DNA from: Gammaproteobacteria bacterium
Lineage (GTDB): Bacteria; Pseudomonadota; Gammaproteobacteria; Steroidobacterales; Rariloculaceae
Direction: 5' to 3'
DNA length: 64,000 bases
Assembly (NCBI GenBank): GCA_050485645.1
Contig: JBJHBT010000012.1
Location: 2,597 to 66,596 of the forward strand
The position numbers were made by a program, and so were the translations under genes. Under the pieces are notes generated by a model that saw only the letters and a list, made by a program, of their open reading frames with translations, was not told the origin of the DNA and ran no database searches. Positions 9,011 through 18,544 of the stretch are shown here, in pieces. Each line of letters opens with the position of its first letter. The stretch's first letter is position 1.

Positions 9011-9682
9011 ATGTCCACGAGCATAGACACATCGACCCTCAACCAGCTCGGCCTCGCTCAGCGGGCGCCGGAAGGGCCCCGGGACAAACTTGGCCAGGAT
9101 GATTTCATGCGCCTGATGATCACGCAGCTGCGCAACCAGGATCCGTTCGCGCCGATGGAAAGCGGCGAGTTCCTCGGCCAGCTGGCGCAGTTCGGCACCG
9201 TATCGGGCATCGATGACGTGCGGCGCGTGCTGGAAACGCTGTCCGGCGCACTCACCGCCAACCACGCGCTGCAGGCGGCCAGCCTCATCGAACGCGATGT
9301 GCTGGTGCCGTCGCATGAAGCCTGGCTGCCGCCGGAAGGCCAGGTCAGCGGCGCGGTAGCGGTGCCGCCCGGTGTGGCCGACGTGACGGTGAGCATTTAC
9401 GACCTCAACGGGCGACTGGTGGGCGCCGTGCCGGTCGGCGACGGCAGTGAAGGTCACAGCCGTTTCGAATGGGACGGCGTGTTGGCCGATGGCACGCAGG
9501 CGCCCGCGGGTTTTTATGAACTGCGAGCCAGCGGTCTTGCCGGCGGCCGCAGTGTCGCGCTGGAAGCGTTGGTGTCCGGTCGCGTCGAGAGCGTCAGCGT
9601 GGGCGCCGGCGACGGCCTGATCGCGCTCACGGTGACGGGTCTGGGTGTCGTCGACTTCAGCCGCATACGCGGCATCGGTTGA
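9011..9682 (+). CDS. flgD: Flagellar hook assembly (capping) protein FlgD
   Basis: DDFMRLMITQLRNQDPFAPMESGEFLGQLAQF is the FlgD signature. Position between flgC and flgE. Confidence 0.95.
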   Translation: MSTSIDTSTLNQLGLAQRAPEGPRDKLGQDDFMRLMITQLRNQDPFAPMESGEFLGQLAQFGTVSGIDDVRRVLETLSGALTANHALQAASLIERDVLVPSHEAWLPPEGQVSGAVAVPPGVADVTVSIYDLNGRLVGAVPVGDGSEGHSRFEWDGVLADGTQAPAGFYELRASGLAGGRSVALEALVSGRVESVSVGAGDGLIALTVTGLGVVDFSRIRGIG

Positions 9683-9754
9683 CGGCCGACGCAGCACCTC
9701 TGGAACGTACTTTTTCGGATCTGATGACCAGAATTTTCGATCGGGAGTTCAAAC

Positions 9755-10972
9755 ATGCCATTTCGCACAGCCCTGAGCGGACTCAACGCGGCATCCGCCG
9801 ACCTGCGGGTTACCGGGCACAATATCGCCAACGCCGGCACCACCGGCTTCAAACAGTCGCGTTCGGAATTTTCGGACGTGTTCGCAACTGCCTACGGCGG
9901 CATCAGTCAGACGGCCGTGGGCGCCGGCGTGCGCCTGTCGAGCGTTACCCAGCAGTTCACGCAGGGCAACATCGATTTCACCGGCAACAATCTGGACATG
10001 TCGCTGTCCGGGAAGGGCTTCTTCGTTCTCGAGGACTCCGGCGGCCGCAGCTACTCGCGCGATGGTTCCTTCCAGATCGATCGTGATGGCTACGTCGTCA
10101 ATGCGGCCGGCAAACGGCTGCAGTCCTACGCCGTGCAGGACAGTCTGTCCGGCGCCTTCAATATGGGCGGTCTGGCCGACCTGCGGCTGTCGACCACCGA
10201 ATCCAGTCCGCGCGCCAGCAGCCAGGTGGAGGCGGTGTTCAACCTGCCTTCCGGCGCTGAAGATGTGTCCGCGATTCCATTCAGCGCGTCCGACCCGTCG
10301 AGCTTCACGTTTTCCACGTCGATGACGCTGTACGACTCGCTCGGACAGTCGCATGTCGCCACCATGTTCTTCCGCAACACCGGCCAGCTGACATGGGATG
10401 CTCACCTGACCGTGGATGGCGATGATGTGGGCGACGCGCAGCCGCTGCAGTTCTCGGACGACGGCCTGCTGCAGTCGCCGGCATCGCCGTTCGGTTTTGG
10501 TGCATGGACGCCGCCGAACGGCGCCGGTCCGATCGACGTAGCGTTCGACTTCAGCAATGCCACCCAGTACGGCAATCATGGCAGCGTCACATCGCTGCGT
10601 CAGGATGGTTTTGCCAGCGGTCGTCTCAGCGGCGTGGATATCAGCGAGTCCGGCGTCGCCTACGCACGTTTCACCAACGGCCAGTCACAGCCGCTGGGAC
10701 AGGTGGCGGTGGCGAGTTTCGCCAACCCCCAGGGTCTTCAGCAGGCCGGTGACAACGCCTGGCTGGAAACCTTTGCGGCGGGCGATCCGGTTTTCGGCGT
10801 TGCCGGCAGCGGCGACCTCGGCACTGTGCAATCCGGCGGACTGGAATCTTCCAACGTCGATATCGCGGAGCAGCTTGTCAAGCTCATTACCGCACAGCGT
10901 AACTTCCAGGCGAACGCACAGGTGATCAGCACGGCGGACTCGATTACCCAGACCGTCATCAACCTCCGCTGA
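9755..10972 (+). CDS. flgE: Flagellar hook protein FlgE
   Basis: N-terminal MPFRTALSGLNAASADLRVTGHNIANAGTTGFK and C-terminal LESSNVDIAEQLVKLITAQRNFQANAQVISTADSITQTVINLR. Confidence 0.95.
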   Translation: MPFRTALSGLNAASADLRVTGHNIANAGTTGFKQSRSEFSDVFATAYGGISQTAVGAGVRLSSVTQQFTQGNIDFTGNNLDMSLSGKGFFVLEDSGGRSYSRDGSFQIDRDGYVVNAAGKRLQSYAVQDSLSGAFNMGGLADLRLSTTESSPRASSQVEAVFNLPSGAEDVSAIPFSASDPSSFTFSTSMTLYDSLGQSHVATMFFRNTGQLTWDAHLTVDGDDVGDAQPLQFSDDGLLQSPASPFGFGAWTPPNGAGPIDVAFDFSNATQYGNHGSVTSLRQDGFASGRLSGVDISESGVAYARFTNGQSQPLGQVAVASFANPQGLQQAGDNAWLETFAAGDPVFGVAGSGDLGTVQSGGLESSNVDIAEQLVKLITAQRNFQANAQVISTADSITQTVINLR

Positions 10973-11084
10973 TCATCCACGAGTCGCCGACAGACCTCAC
11001 CAAGGTGGTTGCCCGCATGAAACACGCCGCAGCTGATCACGACAGACAGCCGATACAAAGGCGCAGTCAGGGAGTTCGTTGCTG

Positions 11085-11828
11085 ATGGACAGAATGGTTT
11101 ACGTAGCGATGACCGGCGCGCGCGAAGCGCAGGTCGCCCAGGCGGTCACCAACCACAATCTCGCCAATGCCTCCACGGTCGGGTTTCGTGCCCAGCTGGC
11201 GGGCGCCATGCCTGTGCCGATCACCGGCCCCGGACACGCCCAAGCCAGGACGTACTCGGTAACGGCCGGTGGCGCGACGGACTTCACGCCCGGCGCGTTG
11301 ATCGCGACCGGCCGTGATCTGGACGTGGCGGTGGAAGGTGTCGGCTGGATCGCCGTGCAGGCCGCCGATGGTTCGGAAGCCTACACCCGCGCCGGCGATC
11401 TGCGCGTGGACGCGTTCGGCATCCTCACCAATGGCAGCGGACATCCGATCATGGGTGATGGCGGGCCGATTGCGTTGCCGCCCTACGAATCACTGGAAAT
11501 CGGCGGCGACGGCACGATCAGCATTCGTCCGCTCGGACAGGAGGCAACGGGTATGGCGGTCGTCGAACGCATCCGGCTGGTGAACCCGTCGGATGCCGAC
11601 ATGGTGCGCGGCGAGGATGGATTGATGCGGCTCGCCAATGGCGGCGCGGCCGAGATGGATGCCGGCGTGCGACTCGTTTCCGGGATGCTGGAAGGCAGCA
11701 ACGTGAACGTGGTGGGCGCGCTGGTGGAAATGATCCAACAGGCGCGCAGCTTCGAGCTGCACGTGAAGATGATGAGCGCGGCCGAAGACAACGACCGTGC
11801 GTCGGCCAATCTGATGCGGCTGGGCTGA
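11085..11828 (+). CDS. flgF: Flagellar basal-body rod protein FlgF
   Basis: [39 protein letters not shown] at 11085 is preferred over the track TTG at 11079 (AGGGAG RBS upstream). Confidence 0.9.
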   Translation: MDRMVYVAMTGAREAQVAQAVTNHNLANASTVGFRAQLAGAMPVPITGPGHAQARTYSVTAGGATDFTPGALIATGRDLDVAVEGVGWIAVQAADGSEAYTRAGDLRVDAFGILTNGSGHPIMGDGGPIALPPYESLEIGGDGTISIRPLGQEATGMAVVERIRLVNPSDADMVRGEDGLMRLANGGAAEMDAGVRLVSGMLEGSNVNVVGALVEMIQQARSFELHVKMMSAAEDNDRASANLMRLG

Positions 11829-11848
11829 CCGGTCGGGGAGTCAATATC

Positions 11849-12640
11849 GTGAATCAGGCATTGTGGATAGCGAAGACGGGACTGGATGCGCAGCAGACGC
11901 GCATGTCGGTGATCTCCAACAACCTCGCCAACGTCAACACCACCGGCTTCAAGAAGGGGCGTGCGGTGTTCGAGGATCTGGTCTACCAGAACATTCGTCA
12001 GCCTGGTGCGCAGAGCTCGCAGGGCACACAGCTGCCTTCGGGGCTGATGCTGGGTACCGGCGTGCGCACCGTGGCTACGGAAAAGACCTTCACCCAGGGC
12101 AATGTGGTGCAGACCGACCGGCAGCTCGACGTGGCCATCGAGGGTCGCGGGTTTCTTCAGGTGCTGATGCCCGACGGCACGCTGGCGTTCACGCGTGACG
12201 GCTCCATGCAGATCAACAGCGATGGCGAGATGGTCACGGCGGCCGGCTTCACCGTGCAGCCGGGCATCGTGATTCCCGACAACGCGCTGTCGGTGACGAT
12301 CAGTCGCGACGGCATCATCTCGGCCGCGGTGCCGGGCAGTGTCGGTGTGATGGAGGTCGGTTCGCTGCAGCTGGCGGACTTCGTGAATCCCGCCGGCCTG
12401 CAGGCCATCGGCGGCAATCTGCTCATCGAGACCGCGGCCAGCGGTGCGCCGCAGGTCGGCATGCCGGGCATGACGGGCCTGGGCACGCTGATTCAGGGGG
12501 CGCTGGAGAGTTCGAACGTCAACACCATCGAGGAACTCGTGAACATGATCGAAACGCAGCGTGCCTACGAGATCAATTCCAAGGCGATCAGCACGGCCGA
12601 TCGCATGCTCGAGTTCGCCAACAACAATCTCGGTCGCTGA
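11849..12640 (+). CDS. flgG: Flagellar distal rod protein FlgG
   Basis: [35 protein letters not shown] and C-terminal [39 protein letters not shown] start with GGGGAG RBS. Confidence 0.95.
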   Translation: MNQALWIAKTGLDAQQTRMSVISNNLANVNTTGFKKGRAVFEDLVYQNIRQPGAQSSQGTQLPSGLMLGTGVRTVATEKTFTQGNVVQTDRQLDVAIEGRGFLQVLMPDGTLAFTRDGSMQINSDGEMVTAAGFTVQPGIVIPDNALSVTISRDGIISAAVPGSVGVMEVGSLQLADFVNPAGLQAIGGNLLIETAASGAPQVGMPGMTGLGTLIQGALESSNVNTIEELVNMIETQRAYEINSKAISTADRMLEFANNNLGR

Positions 12641-12676
12641 TTTCACGGCGACTGAATCCTGAAGGAGTATTCATTC

Positions 12677-13378
12677 ATGCATCGGTTCACATCACTCTGG
12701 CGCATCCCGGCCTGCACGATGCTGATCGTATTCGCGACCGGCTGCGCGACCGCACCGCCATCCATGCAGCGCGGCAACGACCAGCGTTTCGCCGCCACCG
12801 CGCCGCTGACGCCGGTCGCGCCGGTACTCAACCAGGGCGCCATCTACCAGCCGGCTTCGGCACAGTCGTTGTTCGAGGACTACAAGGCGCGGCGCGTCGG
12901 CGACGTGCTGACGGTGCTGTTGTCGGAAGAGACCAGCGCGCGCAAGTCGGCCAATGCATCGGCTTCTCGCGACGCCAATGCGCGGCTGCTGAATCCCACC
13001 ATCGCCGGTCGTTCGGTGACATCCAACGGCGTACCGATACTGAATACCGACGTGACCGGGTCGCAGGGCTTCGAAGGCCAGGGCGATGCCGCCCAGAGCA
13101 ATCAGCTGGAGGGCTCGATCACGGTCACGGTGGCCGACGTGCTGCCCAACGGCAATCTGCTGGTGCAGGGTGAGAAATGGATACGCATCAACCACGGCGA
13201 GGAATACATCCGCCTGCGCGGCATCGTGCGGCCGGTGGACATCAGTGCCGACAACACGGTGCTGTCACTGCAGGTGGCCGATGCCGAGCTCGCCTATGGC
13301 GGCACCGGCACGCTGGCGCGTTCATCCACACCCGGCTGGCTGAGCCGTTTCTTCATGAGTCCGCTATGGCCATTCTGA
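12677..13378 (+). CDS. flgH: Flagellar L-ring lipoprotein FlgH
   Basis: Lipobox LIVFATGC, then [20 protein letters not shown] and [35 protein letters not shown]. Confidence 0.95.
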   Translation: MHRFTSLWRIPACTMLIVFATGCATAPPSMQRGNDQRFAATAPLTPVAPVLNQGAIYQPASAQSLFEDYKARRVGDVLTVLLSEETSARKSANASASRDANARLLNPTIAGRSVTSNGVPILNTDVTGSQGFEGQGDAAQSNQLEGSITVTVADVLPNGNLLVQGEKWIRINHGEEYIRLRGIVRPVDISADNTVLSLQVADAELAYGGTGTLARSSTPGWLSRFFMSPLWPF

Positions 13379-14553
13379 ACCAACGTCTGTCACGCGTTGC
13401 GACGCGCCACAGGCTGGCTGTGCGCGGCATTCTGCGACGCAGAATCGCGGCGGCGGCGCTGCTGATGCTGATGCTGGCGGTGATGCCGATGAATTCACTG
13501 GTTTTCGCGCAGGAGCGAGTGAAGGACCTGGCCAGTGTCGCCGGTGTGCGCAGCAATCAGCTGATCGGCTACGGTCTGGTGGTTGGCCTGGATGGCACCG
13601 GCGACCAGACCACTCAGGCGCCGTTCACGTCGCAGAGCCTGCGCAACATGCTCGGCCAGCTTGGCGTGACCATACCGCCGGGCGTGAACCTGCAGCTGCG
13701 CAATGTGGCGGCGGTGATCGTGCATGCGGATCTGCCGCCCTTCGCCAAGCCCGGACAGACCATCGACGTGACCGTCTCGTCGATCGGCAACGCGGCGAGC
13801 CTGCGCGGCGGCAGTTTGTTGATGACGCCGATGCGCGGTGCCAACGGCGAGATCTATGCGGTTGCACAGGGCAATCTGGTGGTCGGCGGATTCGGTGCGT
13901 CCGGCCGCGATGGTTCGCGCATTTCCGTGAATGTGCCCAGTGCCGGGCGGATTCCTTCCGGCGCCACGGTGGAGCAGGAAGTGCCCAGCAGCTTCAATCA
14001 GGGCGACAGTCTGGTGCTGAACCTGAACCGCGGTGATTTCACGACTGCCCACCGCCTGGCCGAGGCCATCAACAACACATTCGGCGACGGGCTGGCGATG
14101 CCGTTCGATGCCACATCGGTGCGGGTGCGCGCACCGCTGGATCCGGCGCAGCGGGTGGCCTTCGTATCGGTGCTGGAGAATCTCACCGTGCAGCCTGGCA
14201 CGCCGGCGGCGCAGGTCATTGTCAACGCCCGTACCGGCACGATTGTCATGGGCGGCAATGTGCGCGTGCTGCCGGCGGCCGTGTCACACGGCAGTCTCAC
14301 GGTGTCGATCACCGAGAGCTTCGACGTGTCGCAGCCGTCATCGTTCGGACGCGGCAATACCGTGGTCACGCCGCGCAGCGATCTGGATGTCGATGCCGGC
14401 GGTTCGCGGATGTTTCCGTTCGGTCCGGGCACGACGCTCGACGAGATCGTGCGCGCGGTCAATGACGTGGGCGCTGCGCCGGGTGACCTCGTGGCGATAC
14501 TCGAGGCCCTGCATCACGCGGGCGCGTTGCGTGCCGAGCTGATTGTCATCTGA
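13366..14553 (+). CDS. flgI: Flagellar P-ring protein FlgI
   Basis: Internal ATG at 13366 (MAILNQRL..., signal peptide) overlaps the flgH stop. [30 protein letters not shown] is the canonical FlgI motif. The track start at 13177 lies inside flgH. Confidence 0.9.
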   Translation: MAILNQRLSRVATRHRLAVRGILRRRIAAAALLMLMLAVMPMNSLVFAQERVKDLASVAGVRSNQLIGYGLVVGLDGTGDQTTQAPFTSQSLRNMLGQLGVTIPPGVNLQLRNVAAVIVHADLPPFAKPGQTIDVTVSSIGNAASLRGGSLLMTPMRGANGEIYAVAQGNLVVGGFGASGRDGSRISVNVPSAGRIPSGATVEQEVPSSFNQGDSLVLNLNRGDFTTAHRLAEAINNTFGDGLAMPFDATSVRVRAPLDPAQRVAFVSVLENLTVQPGTPAAQVIVNARTGTIVMGGNVRVLPAAVSHGSLTVSITESFDVSQPSSFGRGNTVVTPRSDLDVDAGGSRMFPFGPGTTLDEIVRAVNDVGAAPGDLVAILEALHHAGALRAELIVI

Positions 14554-15584
14554 TGACCGCATCACTGGACGCCGCCTTCAACTTCACGGACATCGCGGGC
14601 CTTGCCGCGCTGCGCCGTGAAGCGAAGGCCGACACGCCCGAAGCACTGCATGCGGTCGCACAGCAGTTCGAGGCGATGTTCCTGAACATGATGCTTCAGC
14701 AGATGCGCTCGTCCGTGGGCGTGGACGGCGGACTCATCGATCGTGAACAGGTCGCTTTTCACGAGCAGATGTTCGATCAGCAGCTGTCGCTGACGCTGTC
14801 ACGTGGCAATGGCATCGGCATCGCCGAAGCCATCGTGCGTGATTTCGGCGGCCGGTCGGGTGTGACACCTGCCGTATCCGCAGGCATCGGCAGGGCGGAT
14901 CCGGGGCGGGCGCCGCGCGGTGTCACGGCGGGTGCGCTGGATGCGGTGGCCGCATCAGGTCCGGCGGCTGACCGGCGTACCGGTTCCACGGACGGTGCCC
15001 CGCCATCCGGACGGGCAGCCCGCGCCACGCCATCAGCTACCGGTGCCGATACGTCATTCCGGCCCCGCACTCAGGAAGAATTCGTGCAGGCGCTGTGGCC
15101 GCATGCCGAACGTGCGGCGGCCAGGCTGGGAATCGCGCCCGATGTGCTGGTGGCACAGGCCGCACTGGAATCCGGCTGGGGACAGCATCAGATACGTGGC
15201 GCACACGGCGAGCCATCGTTCAATCTGTTCGGCGTGAAGACAGGCAGTGTCTGGACCGGAGGGCGCGCCCAGGTCTCCACGCTGGAATTCATCGACGGCG
15301 TGCCGCAGCGGAAACGGGAAGCGTTTCGCATGTACGGCAGCATTCGTGAAAGTTTCGACGACTATGTTGCGCTGGTACGTGGCAATGCGCGCTACGCGCC
15401 GGCCGTGTCGGCCACCAGTGCCGAAGGCTATCTGCGCGGCCTGCAGGCCGGCGGCTATGCCACCGATCCGGACTACGCCGACAAGATTCTCGGCATTCTC
15501 GAGCGCGGCCTGCCCGGACGGCCGGTGCGCGCCAATCAGGCTGCGGTTGCGACACAGCCACAGGATCTGCGTGCCCTTTTCTGA
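14553..15584 (+). CDS. flgJ: Flagellar rod-assembly protein / peptidoglycan hydrolase FlgJ
   Basis: N-terminal rod-binding region (AVAQQFEAMFLNMMLQQMRSS) and C-terminal glucosaminidase region (LVAQAALESGWG...FNLFGVK...YATDPDYADKI). Start overlaps the flgI stop by 1 nt. Confidence 0.9.
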   Translation: MTASLDAAFNFTDIAGLAALRREAKADTPEALHAVAQQFEAMFLNMMLQQMRSSVGVDGGLIDREQVAFHEQMFDQQLSLTLSRGNGIGIAEAIVRDFGGRSGVTPAVSAGIGRADPGRAPRGVTAGALDAVAASGPAADRRTGSTDGAPPSGRAARATPSATGADTSFRPRTQEEFVQALWPHAERAAARLGIAPDVLVAQAALESGWGQHQIRGAHGEPSFNLFGVKTGSVWTGGRAQVSTLEFIDGVPQRKREAFRMYGSIRESFDDYVALVRGNARYAPAVSATSAEGYLRGLQAGGYATDPDYADKILGILERGLPGRPVRANQAAVATQPQDLRALF

Positions 15585-15597
15585 ATGAGGCTCTGCC

Positions 15598-17481
15598 ATG
15601 AGTGGTAACGGAATTTTCGGCATAGGCAGCTCAGCGCTGCTCGCCTATCAGCGTGCGCTGCAGGTGACTGGCCACAACATCGCCAATGTCGGCACCGAGG
15701 GTTACAGCCGTCAGCGCGTGGAGCTTGCCGCGCTGTCACCGGCCACGGCCGGTGCGGCGTCGCCCGGCAGCGGCGTCAGGCCGGTGGCCGTGAATCGTGT
15801 GATGGACGGCTTCGTTGAATCCTGGCTGGGCATGAACGCCTCGGCGGCCGCCTACGAACGCACCTATGCGCAGTTCGCCTCGCATCTGGACAACATTCTG
15901 GCCGATCCCGTCACCGGACTGACGCCGGCACTGAACAGTTTCTTCGCCGCCATGTCGGATGTCGCATCCGATCCGACCTCAACCGCGGCGAGGCAGAACC
16001 TGCTGGCCGAAGCCGAGTCGCTGCTCGATCGCTTTGCCCAGCTGGATCGGCGCATTGGCGAGCAGCGCGCGCTCGCCAATGGTGCAGCCACCGATACCGT
16101 CGAGGAAATCAATCAGCTCGCCGGGGGTATCGCCGCGCTCAATCGCCAGATCGTCGAAGCACGTGGTCGCGGCAATCTACCGGCGGACCTGCTCGACAGG
16201 CGCGATCAGCTGGTGCGTGATCTGGCCGACCGGGTGTCGGTGAACACGATGGAGGAGTCGGACGGCAGCCTCAATGTCTATGTCGGCCGGGGCCAGGGAC
16301 TGGTGGTCGGCACCCATGCGTCACAGCTGATCGCACGCAGTGCCGCGGGCGGCGATCGATTGGAGGTGGGAATCCGCAACGGCTCGACCTTCGTTCCGAT
16401 TACCGACTCGTTGAGCGGCGGACGTCTTGGCGCGCTGCTGGACCTGGGGCCGGACCTGCTGGATGAGTCGGCGAACGCGCTGGGACGCGTGGCGATCGCG
16501 CTCACCGATCAGTTCAACGAGCTGCATGCGGCCGGTATGGACCTGACCGGTGCGCTGGGCGGTGTGTTCTTTTCCCGTCCCGAGCCCCGGGTCTCCGGCA
16601 ATCCGTCGAATACCGCCACCGGTGTGCCGGCGTTGACGATCGCCGACATCGGTGAGCTCGGCACCAGCGACTATCAGCTGCGCTTCGATGGCAGCGCCTG
16701 GAATGTACGTCGCGTCGCCGATGGCGCGCTGGTGGCGACGGCCCCGGAAGGTGGCAGCGTCGACTTCGATGGTCTGACACTGAATCTTGCGTCGGTCACT
16801 GGCGCCGTGGCCGGCGACACCTTCGCACTGCAGCCAACGCGCGTGGCCCGCGATCTGGCCGTCGCCATCAGTGACCCGCGTGCGGTGGCCGCGGCGCTGC
16901 CGGTGCGGTCCTCGGCATCCGCCGACAATGCCGGCCAAGCGCATTTCGTTGATCTGTCGGTGACCGGTGCATCCGATCCGGCGCTGCTCACGGAGGTCAC
17001 CATCGTATTCAGCGGCGGCGAGTATCTGGTGAATGGCGATCCGGTTCCGCTGGATCCTTCCGGTGACACCACGATCAGTGTCAACGGCTGGACGGCGGTG
17101 CTGCGTGGCACGCCGGCGGACGGCGACACCTTCACGGTACGCGACAACATCGGCGGCGTCGGTGACAACCGCGGCGCCTTGGCGCTGGCCGGCCTTGCCG
17201 GCATGCGTGTGCTGTCGGGTGGCACGGCAACCCTGTCGGACAGCTACGCGGAACTGGTTGTCGACGTTGGCGTGAAAACCCGTCGTGCGCAGATCAACGC
17301 CGATGTACAGGAAAAGATGCTGCACGATGCGCGCGCGCATCGCGACAGCATCTCCGGCGTGAACCTCGATGAGGAGGCGGCGAATCTGCTTCGTTACCAG
17401 CAGGCCTATCAGGCGGCGGCTCAGGTGATCGCCGTGGCCGGCTCCATGTTCGACACGCTGATCGCCGCGGTGCGGCGGTGA
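15598..17481 (+). CDS. flgK: Flagellar hook-associated protein 1 FlgK
   Basis: 627 aa. N-terminal GIGSSALLAYQRALQVTGHNIANVGTEGYSRQ and C-terminal NLDEEAANLLRYQQAYQAAAQVIAVAGSMFDTLI. Confidence 0.95.
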   Translation: MSGNGIFGIGSSALLAYQRALQVTGHNIANVGTEGYSRQRVELAALSPATAGAASPGSGVRPVAVNRVMDGFVESWLGMNASAAAYERTYAQFASHLDNILADPVTGLTPALNSFFAAMSDVASDPTSTAARQNLLAEAESLLDRFAQLDRRIGEQRALANGAATDTVEEINQLAGGIAALNRQIVEARGRGNLPADLLDRRDQLVRDLADRVSVNTMEESDGSLNVYVGRGQGLVVGTHASQLIARSAAGGDRLEVGIRNGSTFVPITDSLSGGRLGALLDLGPDLLDESANALGRVAIALTDQFNELHAAGMDLTGALGGVFFSRPEPRVSGNPSNTATGVPALTIADIGELGTSDYQLRFDGSAWNVRRVADGALVATAPEGGSVDFDGLTLNLASVTGAVAGDTFALQPTRVARDLAVAISDPRAVAAALPVRSSASADNAGQAHFVDLSVTGASDPALLTEVTIVFSGGEYLVNGDPVPLDPSGDTTISVNGWTAVLRGTPADGDTFTVRDNIGGVGDNRGALALAGLAGMRVLSGGTATLSDSYAELVVDVGVKTRRAQINADVQEKMLHDARAHRDSISGVNLDEEAANLLRYQQAYQAAAQVIAVAGSMFDTLIAAVRR

Positions 17482-17563
17482 AAGTGCGCGGTTCTGTTGA
17501 TGGCAACACGGCCGGTGAGCGCGGACCTGGCGATGTGGAGACTTTGAGCGTGGAGAGACGGAA

Positions 17564-18544
17564 ATGAATGGCACACGAATGTCCACTTCCATGGTGTACG
17601 CCAACGGCATCAACAGCATCCAGCGCCAGCAGACGGAACTGGCGAGGCTTCAGCAACAGCTTGCCACCGGGCGCCGGATCCTGTCGCCTTCCGATGATCC
17701 GGCAGGGGCGGTGCAGTCGCTGAAGTTTCGCGAGGGCATTGCCGCGGTCGATCAGTACGCACGCAATGCGATGATGGCGAACACTCGCCTGGAACTCGAG
17801 GAGAGCGTGCTGGCGCAGTTCGGCGACGTGCTCCAGCGCGGCCGCGAGCTGGCATTGACCGCCGCCAACGGCACACAGACCAATGAGTCGCGGGCGGCGA
17901 TTGCCGTGGAGATCCGGCAGCTCGCGGACGCCCTGGTGGACCTGGGCAATACCCGTGATGCGAACGGCGAGTATCTGTTCGCCGGGTATCGTTCCACGGA
18001 ACCCCCGTTTGTGCGCAATGGCGGCGGCGAGGTGGTGTTTCAGGGCGATGGCGGGCAGCGCCGGGTGGCGATTTCGCCGGACCGCAGCGTTGCGGTGGGC
18101 GACAGCGGGGATGCCTTCATGCGGCTGACGATTCAGGGCGTTGCAGACCCGGACGACGATCCGCCCGTGGTGCCTGATGTGCGGGTTTCGATGTTCGGCG
18201 TGCTCGACGACATGGCCACTGCCCTGTCCACGCCGCGCACCACGCCGGCCGCCGTCGCGCAGCTTCACGATGAGATGAACCTGTCGTTGCAGGGGTTCGA
18301 TCAGGCGCTGGGCCGTGTTCTCGAGCTGCGTACCGGCGTCGGAACGCGCCTGAACACCATTGAACGCCAGTCCGTCGCCAACGATGACCACAGGCTGCAG
18401 CTGCAGACCGCACTGTCGCAGATCGAGGACCTGGACTACGCCGAGGCGATCAGCCGTTTCAACCTGCAACAGGTGGCCCTGGAAGCGGCGCAGACGACCT
18501 ACGTGCAGTTCGGCCGGCTGAGTCTGTTCGATTATCTGAAGTGA
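17564..18544 (+). CDS. flgL: Flagellar hook-associated protein 3 FlgL
   Basis: Flagellin-like N-terminus (LARLQQQLATGRRILSPSDDPAGA) and C-terminus (DLDYAEAISRFNLQQVALEAAQTTY). Follows flgK. Confidence 0.9.
   Translation: MNGTRMSTSMVYANGINSIQRQQTELARLQQQLATGRRILSPSDDPAGAVQSLKFREGIAAVDQYARNAMMANTRLELEESVLAQFGDVLQRGRELALTAANGTQTNESRAAIAVEIRQLADALVDLGNTRDANGEYLFAGYRSTEPPFVRNGGGEVVFQGDGGQRRVAISPDRSVAVGDSGDAFMRLTIQGVADPDDDPPVVPDVRVSMFGVLDDMATALSTPRTTPAAVAQLHDEMNLSLQGFDQALGRVLELRTGVGTRLNTIERQSVANDDHRLQLQTALSQIEDLDYAEAISRFNLQQVALEAAQTTYVQFGRLSLFDYLK

Noticed and set aside
9701-9716. TGGAAC-GTACT-TTTTC upstream of flgE
   Set aside because: It has a -24-like GG but no GC at -12, so flgE is probably co-transcribed from the flgB promoter.
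11049-11056. GCCGATAC octamer 29 nt upstream of flgF
   Set aside because: There is no TAAA at the required spacing (CAGC instead), so it is probably a chance match.
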